In this document: positions 25,537 to 34,835 of the stretch, in pieces
Position numbering within the stretch: the stretch's first letter is position 1
How the letters are laid out: the number at the start of each line of letters is the position of its first letter
Assembly (NCBI RefSeq): GCF_001194135.2
Contig: NC_068990.1
Coordinates: forward strand, 23,951,738 to 24,004,521
Source: Octopus bimaculoides
Lineage: Eukaryota
Direction: 5' to 3'
Length of the DNA: 52,784 bases
The notes under the pieces: generated by a model
Told to the model about the DNA's origin: nothing
The model's input: only the letters and a program-made list of their open reading frames with translations
The model's database searches: none
Made by a program: the position numbers and the translations under genes

Positions 25537-26358
25537 ATCGTCATATTTACTTACACNNNNNNNNNNNNNNNNNNNNNNNNNNNNNNNNNNNNNNNNNNNN
25601 NNNNNNNNNNNNNNNNNNNNNNNNNNNNNNNNNNNNNNNNNNNNNNNNNNNNNNNNNNNNNNNNNNNNNNNNNNNNNNNNNNNNNNNNNNNNNNNNNNNN
25701 NNNNNNNNNNNNNNNNNNNNNNNNNNNNNNNNNNNNNNNNNNNNNNNNNNNNNNNNNNNNNNNNNNNNNNNNNNNNNNNNNNNNNNNNNNNNNNNNNNNN
25801 NNNNNNNNNNNNNNNNNNNNNNNNNNNNNNNNNNNNNNNNNNNNNNNNNNNNNNNNNNNNNNNNNNNNNNNNNNNNNNNNNNNNNNNNNNNNNNNNNNNN
25901 NNNNNNNNNNNNNNNNNNNNNNNNNNNNNNNNNNNNNNNNNNNNNNNNNNNNNNNNNNNNNNNNNNNNNNNNNNNNNNNNNNNNNNNNNNNNNNNNNNNN
26001 NNNNNNNNNNNNNNNNNNNNNNNNNNNNNNNNNNNNNNNNNNNNNNNNNNNNNNNNNNNNNNNNNNNNNNNNNNNNNNNNNNNNNNNNNNNNNNNNNNNN
26101 NNNNNNNNNNNNNNNNNNNNNNNNNNNNNNNNNNNNNNNNNNNNNNNNNNNNNNNNNNNNNNNNNNNNNNNNNNNNNNNNNNNNNNNNNNNNNNNNNNNN
26201 NNNNNNNNNNNNNNNNNNNNNNNNNNNNNNNNNNNNNNNNNNNNNNNNNNNNTGCATATGCTGTATATATATATATATATGCATATAGTATACGTATATA
26301 TGTATATGTATATGTATACCATATATATATATATATCATATATATATATATATACATA

Positions 26359-26407
<49 letters not shown>

Positions 26408-26959
26408 GTGTGTGTGCGCGCGCGCGTGTATATAAATCAAAATAAGCAACACGGATTTTCATGTGGAAACCATATTTTTCTTTTATTCTTAACTGGCTTA
26501 AAAGTCGCACTCCGTGCGGACTTTTGCTCTGGCTTTTGCTCTGGCTTTTGCTCTGTGGAGAGTTAATTGGGCCTGTGGCCCCAAACTCAAGAGAGCTAAA
26601 TAGCCTGACTATGATATGTCTATAATAACTATATGTCCCGGTCGTGTTTGATCAGAGGTTAAGAACGGATGGGAATTCTGTAATGAAACCATTATATTGT
26701 TATAATCCCAAGTTGAATTCCAACTGTTGGCCAGTTTGTCCTAAAGTTCTTATCTCAACGAAAATTTAACGAAGCAAATGTCATTTATCTACTCCTTGAT
26801 CTCTGACGTCATCTGACAAACGCCAACCAAGATGTCATGAATCAGCCAAGCTTTACTTGCTAGAAATAGCAGATACTAATGTTGGATGTTCAAGAGACAA
26901 ATGAAAGGTAGATTTTCAATCCTGGGATCGTCCTTATTCCAAAAAGGTATATGTCTATG

Positions 26960-27029
26960 TAGAGCAAATGCACACTGAGATGCAGGGGTCCCAGACAGAC
27001 AAACAGAATTTCGCTTTTATTATTACAGA
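26960..27029 (-). mobile_element. Possible Helitron-like 5' terminus
   Basis: Minus strand a|TCtgtaataataaaagcgaaattctgtttgtctgtctg resembles the A|TC-AT-rich-(TCTG)n start of non-autonomous invertebrate Helitrons. Confidence 0.35.
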
Positions 27030-27900
27030 TATCTTACACCATACTCATGCACAAGTGTTGCTTGTCAGCATAGATGTAGCATATCGTTACTATCTCATAA
27101 GCAAACAATAGTTATACTCATTGTCATTTCTAAAACGCATATCACAAGATCAGAGCCTTGTGGTATTGTCACGCCTGTCACACGTCGGCTTCAGCAGTCC
27201 GTTCGTAATCGTCAGTGCATGTGTGTAAGAAAAACACCATATCAAACACTGATTCCGGATTTAATGCTAACTTTGTAGGCCTGTTCTATAAATCAATACA
27301 ATAGTTATGAATGAGATATCTATTTCTGAAATAAGCATAAATCTCAAATTAGAGTCTGGGTACGAAATATTTGATCACCCTACACCTCTCCTAGTCTGAG
27401 CTGATACACAATTTATGGAAAGCCGAATGAAATCTCAGCATCATTTGAGCTTAGAACATAAAAGTACATGACTACAGAAGTAGAATATTATAAGCCGATT
27501 CATACTACAAAAACCTTTTCGCCAACGCAACTGGCGTGTTACCAAACAGCAAGAAAACAAAATTGGATTCTAGCGAGAAAATTGTACTTCAAACAAGCTT
27601 TCTATGGAATGACATCGTTCATAGATATTCTGCTGCCAAATCTATTATGTTCATTTCTGAGAATATACGGTCAAGCTTATTGTCAAATGTATTAATTATT
27701 TATGATTGTGAATACAGTTAAATATGCTAGTTGTAAAATTGATTTATTTGCCCAACTTAATCGAAATTACTTTAAAAACTAATTTTGCTGTCAGAACAAT
27801 ATACACTGTGATGTTTTGTCTTATTTCACTTTATTGGTACACAGAAAAATTTGACACTGTTTACATTTAACAGATATTTTTCCTCATCTTGTTTGTTGTT

Positions 27901-27946
27901 AACACAACGTTTCGGCTGATATACCCTCCAGCCTTCATCAGGCGTC
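27901..27946 (-). ncRNA. Minimal type I hammerhead ribozyme (Penelope-type)
   Basis: Minus strand gacgc-CTGATGA-a-ggctg(gagggtatat)cagcc-GAAAC-GTT-gtgtt: stem I gacgc/gtgtt, stem II ggctg/cagcc, palindromic stem III AACGTT. Confidence 0.75.
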
Positions 27947-28025
27947 TTGGGGAAATTACGAACCTGGCTTCTCATTCCTAAGGTATTTTTTGAATGTTAT
28001 TATTATTATTATCATTATTATTTTT

Positions 28026-28097
28026 CAGGTGACCTGGAATCGAGCTCGGAATCTTGGGGTTAGTAGCCCGCGCTCTTAACCACTACGCCATATGCCC
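28026..28097 (-). promoter_or_regulatory. tRNA-like internal Pol III promoter (not a functional tRNA)
   Basis: gggcataTGGCGTAGTGGttaagagcgcgggctactaaccccaagattccgaGCTCGATTCCagg: perfect A box (28080-28090), B box with one mismatch (28036-28047), D-arm gcgt/gcgc. Confidence 0.75.
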
Positions 28098-28127
28098 ATG
28101 AGCAATTATGGAGTGAATTTTTAGGGC

Positions 28128-28454
28128 TTATAAATCTAATATTTTCCTATCCTTCCTTAATACCGGTTCCCATAGGTTGTTCATATCTGCACTCGGTCTG
28201 CTCAGGAGGTTGTTGTGTCCTAGCATATGTGCTGCTTCTTTTAGTTTTCGTATTTTCCAGTGGTGTTCTCTGTCTATTATTTTAACTTCATCCCAGAGGA
28301 GGAGTTGGCCTCCATTTTTCCATACATGATCAGCTATACCCGATTTATCAATATCTCCTCGTGTCACAGCTTTGCAATGTTCCTAGACCCTTATTTTGAA
28401 GGGGCGATGTGTTTCGCCTTTGTATAACCTACCACAGCTGCATGGGATGGAGTA
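28128..28454 (-). pseudogene. Penelope-like element GIY-YIG endonuclease, 5'-truncated
   Basis: YSIPCSCGRLYKGETHRPFKIRV*EHCKAVTRGDIDKSGIADHVW...DREHHWKIRKLKEAAHM matches the PLE pattern Y.I.C.CG..Y.GET.R....R..EH......S..A.H...R...EA; one internal stop. Confidence 0.9.
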
Positions 28455-28475
28455 CAGTGACCTTAATAATAATAA

Positions 28476-29162
28476 GAGTATCTCAACAGGCATGATAGAG
28501 CTGCACAATATATTCACTGGGTAATATGCAAAAACCTGGACTTGCCCCATGATAAAAACTGGTGGGAACACAAACCACTCCCAATACTTGAAAATGATCA
28601 CATTGCACTCCTCTGGAACTTCACCATTCAAACTGACAGAAAAATAGACGCAAATAGGCCAGACATCGTACTCAAAGACTTCAAACAAAAATCAAGCCTC
28701 CTCATTGATATGACTTTCCCAATCGATATAAACGTATCTGTCAAAACTTACCAAAAACAGAGCAAATACAAAGATCTTGAAATAGAAATGAGCAAAATGT
28801 GGAATCTGAAGACGAAAACAATACCTATTGTCATAGGTGCCCTGGGAATGACAGCGAAACGGGCTGATTACTACCTAGCTTAGATACCAGGAAACCCCAA
28901 AATGGCTGAAGTTCAAAAGATAGTGCACATGGGAACTGCCCATATCCTACGTAAAATACTGTCTATGTGATCTCAAATTTTAAAACAAACACATAATTTT
29001 CTGATGGTTTCTTAAACATTCACTAGAACAAAACTGTACAAATCCAAATATATGGTACCCTAGGCATAACACCTACATGAACTTCTAACTTGTTGTCTCT
29101 TGAGGTCTCTGGGTGAGACTTGGATCCAACTTGTACAAATGCAAAACAAAAGTCAAACATAA
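28476..29162 (+). pseudogene. R4/Dong-clade LINE, 5'-truncated: RLE domain (28476-28970) plus 3' UTR
   Basis: EYLNRHDRAAQYIHWVICK...WWEHKP..LEN...LLWNFTIQTDRKIDANRPDIVL...LLIDMTFP...KYKDL..EM..MW...PIVIGALG...*...GTAHILRKILSM*. Contains RHD, PD..D and K-Y RLE motifs; single premature stop at 28881; flanked by (TAA)n on both sides. Confidence 0.92.
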
Positions 29163-29218
<56 letters not shown>

Positions 29219-29280
29219 TAACGACAACAACACCAACAATAACAACAACAACAACAACAACAACAATAATAATAATAATA
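29163..29280. repeat. (TAA)n/(CAA)n tract, the R4 insertion target
   Basis: Direct inspection; a short TAA tract also lies at 28464-28475. Confidence 0.95.
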
Positions 29281-29452
29281 ACATCGAAAAATACGTTAGG
29301 AATGAGAACCCAGGTTCGAAATTTTCCGAAGACACCTGATGAAGGCTGGAGGGTATATCAGCCGAAATGTTGTGTTAATAAAAAGCAAGATAAGGACAAA
29401 TATCCGTCAAATGTAAATAATGCACATACTTCCTCATCTCTTAAATATAGAA
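29281..29452 (+). mobile_element. Inverted copy of the Penelope-like terminal repeat
   Basis: acatcgaaaaatacgttaggaatgagaaccc...gtcaaatgtaaa is the reverse-complement paralog of 27861-27997. Confidence 0.88.
29331..29376 (+). ncRNA. Minimal type I hammerhead ribozyme, second copy (stem III C>T)
   Basis: gacac-CTGATGA-a-ggctg(gagggtatat)cagcc-GAAAT-GTT-gtgtt. Confidence 0.7.
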
Positions 29453-29733
29453 TTGGATAAATTTTATTGGGGGTGCATCGTGTTCTTGACCAAAACATTT
29501 GAACTTCATATTGGCACAGTCCACTCAGCTTCAAATGGTTTCAGCTACGCCTTATGTGTCCCCGTGTTCATGACAGATGACAAACCTTCTAAGTCTATGA
29601 TCTTAATATTTTACTGATAAATTGGAAAGAAGAAATATAAAGACAACTCATAGACCGAATGGAATAATATAGTATTGTAGATACAGACGGCGAGGTCAAG
29701 GATGGAACGCCTTTGATCATAGCAGAAATCAGT

Positions 29734-29884
29734 GAAGGCGCATGGCTCAGTGGTTAGAGCGCAGGACTTACGACCGTAAGGTTGTGAGATCGAATCCTGG
29801 ACCGAGCTGCGTGTTGTGTTCTTGAGCAAGACACTTTATTTTACGTTGCTCCAAAAAAAAAAAAAAATAAATAAATAAAAATAA
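29734..29884 (+). mobile_element. SINE family C head and core, truncated and ending in poly(A)
   Basis: gaaggcgcatggctcagtggttagagcg...gatcgaatcc...ttgagcaagacactttattttacgttgctcc followed by an A-rich run. Confidence 0.85.
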
Positions 29885-30120
29885 AGGCGGTGAGCTGGAA
29901 GAAACGTTAGCGCGCCGGGCGAAATACTTAGCGGTATTTCATCTGCCGCTACGTTCTGAGTTCAAATTCTGCCGAGGTCGACTTTGCCTTTCATCCTTTC
30001 GGGGTCGATTAAATAAGTACCAGTTACGCACTGGGGTCGATATAATAGACTTAATCCGTTTATCTGTCCTTGTTTGTCCCTTCTGTGTGTAGCCCCTTGT
30101 GGGCAGTAAAGAAATAAGAA
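29885..30120 (+). mobile_element. SINE family A (A1 tail), full length
   Basis: aggcggtgagctgg...gagttcaaattc...gcctttcatcctttcggggtcgat...gtgggcagtaaagaaataagaa. Confidence 0.95.
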
Positions 30121-30282
30121 ATCAGTTGATTTTGAATAATCCAAATAATATCAAATTCATTCGAATTGTGTCCAGTTCAGTTTCTTTCCACACTTACATC
30201 TATTCTGAAAAAGCATGGACGACTTTGAATTCTTCTAAGTAAAAGTAATTCGAAAAATCAACCTCTTTATTTTATGGCCTTA

Positions 30283-30499
30283 CCGTACATATCGGTGTAT
30301 AAGACGCACATCCTTATTCTTAAATCTAACAAAAACTGCGGTGTGGCAAGTGTGACTGTATTACAGATGCTATGAGGAGTGTATGAATGTATGATAAAAT
30401 ATATTCAGTTTTTTTTCTTTCCACAAAATATACTTTTTTTTAAAAAAAAGTGGGGGATTGGCATATGCAAGAGTGCGTCTTATATCCCGGTAAATACGG
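30283..30499. mobile_element. pogo/Tigger-like MITE (217 bp)
   Basis: 27-bp imperfect TIRs ccgtacatatcggtgtataagacgcac (30283-30309) and gtgcgtcttatatcccggtaaatacgg (30473-30499), with TA on the left. Confidence 0.75.
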
Positions 30500-30771
30500 A
30501 TTATATTTTATCTTATTTGCAAATATCCGATCAATAAATATCATGAAATTTCAAAGAATTAATTGATATAAAGCAGTATGTTAGTACAGTTATTGAACTT
30601 ATGAATTGCAAAGAATTAAACACCGGAAAAAAAATTAGCTTTTGGCAATAAGTATTTGGTTTCACAAAATATTGATTTCTATTTTTCATCTCCATATTAA
30701 GATATTCTGATTATCTCCCCTTAGAATTTCATGTCTTGTGTCTACAACAGAAAGACTTATATAGGCTTTGC

Positions 30772-30980
30772 AAGGTGCCGAACTGGTATTATCATTATAT
30801 CATATAGCAATATTTTTCTCGACTTATTACGATCTGCGTACAAATTCCGCTGCGATCAATTTTACCTTTCATCTCTCAAGGGTCGATGGAAAGAAAAAAG
30901 ACCAGTCAAGTACTGAAGTCACTGGCATCAACAAACTCACTTTTCTCCAAAAGTGCTGAACTTCTGCCAAAATTTAAAAT
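30772..30980 (+). mobile_element. Degenerate SINE family A (A2)
   Basis: caaattccgctgcgatcaattttacctttcatctctcaagggtcgat...accagtcaagtactg. Confidence 0.6.
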
Positions 30981-32138
30981 CGCTATATTAAGCGTTTAAT
31001 GGAGGAATGAGATATTCAACAAAAGTTCAATTGATATCATATAGTACCCTGGCACAGGTATTGAAGCTATGATTTGGAAAGTATTCAATACCGTAAAAAG
31101 AAAAAAATAGCCTTTACTATTAAGCATTTGGTTTGTTTTTTTTTTTACAAAACACTGGCGTTTTCGTGACAACTGTATATTAATACATTCTAATTACAGC
31201 ATGATATCAAATCCATTTTTTTCACTACAAAGAGTTCAGGAAAAATATTTTTGCATCACTGCAAAAGGAAGCTCTAGTTGGCTGACATTTTTTCTTTATC
31301 AGAAATATGACAGACATGCTAAATCAAGCAATAATCGAAGTGTGTAAAATTCTAAAGACCTTTTATTAATTTTATTTTAGCTTTATACACCCGAGAACCA
31401 ATATAATGTAGTTACGGGAATTGAAATCTCATATTGAATTAATCACCCAAAAAGTCAACAACTCACATCAAATGCTATTTTACCTATTTAAGTGATATAA
31501 AAAAAGATTAAACTAGAATAAAGAATAAGAGAAAGAATGGAGATGAATGAAGAGTAAATATCAAAAAAAAAAAAACTAAAATATGAATAATAAGGAAAGG
31601 ACTGAACACATTTCAAAAGAAAAACATTCAAATGCAATTTGATTTATCCATTAGAGTTCCTAGCTTGTATTCATTAATTCAACGCTTTGCTTCTGTGTCT
31701 TTGACGAATGCCGCCACCGATCTATCTACTTCACAATTTCACATCTGTGAACGTGTGCCAAAAGAAAAAAAAATCAATGTCTGGAGTATTATTTAGATTT
31801 ACATCAAGGGCATTCAAAGTAGCATTAGACATATTCTCACCTGTGTGTCTGCTATCGCAGAGGTCTTATAACGAGGAACAAACATTGTAAAATCGATTGA
31901 GACATGTTATCATAAAACAAGAATTACATTGAAAAGAAACTGTAAAACTGAAATTGTTAGCTGCCGGAAATGTACGTCAATCACTGCTGAAAAATAAAGA
32001 TTCTATCTGATTCAATGAAACCATGACACGTGACGGAAATTAAGGGTTGCAAAAAAATTAAGACAAACGGAAATTTAGGTCAACCAAAACTTTCATAAAA
32101 TTGAGGATGTTAAAAGTAGAATGTAGTACTAAACAAAA

Positions 32139-32139
<1 letters not shown>

Positions 32140-32203
<64 letters not shown>

Positions 32204-32270
32204 TGCGTGCGTATGTGTGTGTGTGCGTGTGTGCGTATGTGTGTGTGTGTGCGTGTGCGTGCGTGTGTGA
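32140..32270. repeat. (GT)n microsatellite
   Basis: Direct inspection. Confidence 0.95.
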
Positions 32271-32687
32271 TACGGGGTGACGATCAGTAATAACGGATAT
32301 TGAGCAAAAGATGTATAGGATATAATATTGAACAGTAATAATATCGTATATGGTACTAGATATTAAAAATTTCTCTTGTATTACAACCAATCAACATATA
32401 GAGTAATCGGTAGTGACTATAGTACTTTCGTTTTGTGTGACACAAGTTAAATTCTTTCCTATAAAAATGAAACAGTTGTACTGAAACGAAAAGAACAGTA
32501 TCAATCATATCTGGATGGGTTATAAAAGTATCTAAGATTTAATCAACATGACTACCACTGAAAAGGGGAAAATTTTGCAAATCTGACAGCTTAATTGATT
32601 CGACTTTTGCATTATAGAGAGAAGGGATCATCAACTGAATTTTCATGGTTTTTTTAATGGTTCCCCTTATATAGTATAGACTTTGCA

Positions 32688-33105
32688 AGGCGACGATCTG
32701 GTGGAACTCTTAGAGTAACGGATAAAATTCCCAACAGTTTTCCATCTGGCTTTACGTCGGCTGTGGCTTTCCGCTTTTCCGCTTGATTGACAAATTAATA
32801 CCAGTTGAGTACTGGGGTCTATCTAAACTACTAGTCCCTTCCCCCTTAGAATTTCAGGACTTATACCTCCAGTAGAAAAATTATATAGACTTTGCAAGGC
32901 GTCGAACAAGCGTCAGACAAAATGGCTGACGCTTGTTCCGATTCATTACATTCTGGGTTCAAATTTCGACGCGGTCACCGTTACCTTCTATCTCTGTGAA
33001 GTGGGGGTGGGAGTCGATTAAAAAGGATCAGTGAATGGAGTTGATGGATCGACAAAGTCATTCCTCCAAGACCGCTGGCCTTGAGCCAAAATTTAAAAGT
33101 ACTAT
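32688..33105 (+). mobile_element. Two head-to-tail degenerate SINE family A (A2) copies (32688-32882 and 32895-33105)
   Basis: Each has an aaggcg head, core remnants and a cc..aa..gcc/cttg..ccaaaattt-type tail; the 18-bp tatagactttgcaaggcg precedes both. Confidence 0.65.
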
Positions 33106-34227
33106 TTGAGGCATTCTGTGGAGGAAGTGACTATACAATAAAATCTCAAAAATTCCTTTTTTCTTCATCTTAAAGGTATCTTTAAAACCTCATCTTTATC
33201 TATGCAATGAAAGAAACTTAGTTCACTCTTTTATATTGGAATTGAAGGTAGAAGTTCGGTAATAAAGAACCGTGGATTGTGTATGAAGAATTCCAAGCGA
33301 TTTAGAAACAAAAAGCCGCCTGGTAAGTAAGATTGCAGTAGGTATGTCATGGACTTTTATCCTGTTTCCTTTTCTTTTCGGGTTCTTTTTATTAGTTTTA
33401 GTTATGTTGTGAATTTTTACAACAACAGCAAAAAAAAAACAAAAAAAAAAACAATGCAATCTGCTGTCAGTATATCTACGTTCAATAGACAAATATATTT
33501 CTCTTGAATAATGCATTGAAATTCCTAAACAATCAAATCTATAAACTATCAATAAATTAAAAAGAAATAATAAAAAATTCCAATTGTTTTCTTCTTTCGG
33601 TATATCAACACTTATTAAACAATAACAGTATTGAAATTTGTAAATAATTCTCTCACAAAGCAATACGAAGCTAAGACATCAATATTAGTCAGGAAAGTTG
33701 AAACGATTTTTGTGGCAAATTTGTAAAAGGTTGAATATTTCTTGTCTCCACCGAACACATTTTATAGACTTTAAAGGAATGACGGCAATCATTTAAATAT
33801 TCCGTCTGAGAGTTTAAGGATAAATTGAACCAGATATTAATTAATTCGGTGAGAGCGAATGGCGGTGCGGATAAACATCTACCAATTTATAGTTTTTCAG
33901 TTCAGTTCTAATGCAGGCTTTTTAAGTGCGCTTCGTTTAAGTAAACAGTTTGTAATAAACAGTTTGTAATAAGCACCAGCTCATTTGAGAACGTTAGTTT
34001 TCTTTTTATGACATATGCACGTTCTCATAGGCTCCAAGAGCAAAAACAAAAAGAAAGATAAAAGTCATTCTCATATCAAAAGACCTAGACTGATCTTGTA
34101 AACAAATCGAAGACTACTATCGGTGCCACTTACTTTCTTACCATTTATATTTAGATTAGTTGTTAAAACACGACCAATACATAAGAAAGCGTAAAAGATT
34201 TATCTTCTAAATAGTCAAGCAAGATAA

Positions 34228-34447
34228 GTCGGTGAGCTGAGAGAATTGTTAGCGTGTCGAGTGAAATGCTCAGTAGTCGTTTCTTCCGACTTATTACGTT
34301 CCGAATTTAAATTCCGCCGAGGTCAGCTTCGCCTTTCGTGCTTTTGAAATCGATAAAATAAGTAACAGTTAAGCACTGGGATCATTGTAAACGACTAATA
34401 CTTTCCCCTTGAAAACTGCTGGCCTTATATCAATATTTGGAGCAATA
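34228..34447 (+). mobile_element. SINE family A (A2), diverged
   Basis: ggtgagctg..agaattgttagc...aaattccgccgaggtcagcttcgcctttc...atcgataaaataagtaacag. Confidence 0.8.
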
Positions 34448-34767
34448 TATTTCCTGAACATTTAAATTTCTACGCTGTAAATTTCCCGCATTTTTTTCCT
34501 TTTAAAACTCATTATTGATATCTAAAATTCCAACTACACCTTAACAAAAAAAAAAAAAAAAAANNNNNNNNNNNNNNNNNNNNNNNNNNNNNNNNNNNNN
34601 NNNNNNNNNNNNNNNNNNNNNNNNNNNNNNNNNNNNNNNNNNNNNNNNNNNNNNNNNNNNNNNNNNNNNNNNNNNNNNNNNNNNNNNNNNNNNNNNNNNN
34701 NNNNNNNNNNNNNNNNNNNNNNNNNNNNNNNNNNNNNNNNNNNNNNNNNNNNNNNNNNNNNNNNNNN

Positions 34768-34835
<68 letters not shown>

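Larger units (their letters stand above)
27855..28097 (-). mobile_element. Penelope-like element 3' terminal repeat (pLTR): tRNA-like segment, (TAA)n and hammerhead
   Basis: Lies 30 nt after the GIY-YIG stop codon; 27861-27997 is an inverted paralog of 29281-29416. Confidence 0.8.

Noticed and set aside
26521-26555. 12-bp tandem repeat (cttttgctctgg) x3
   Set aside because: Ordinary short slippage duplication with no further structure.
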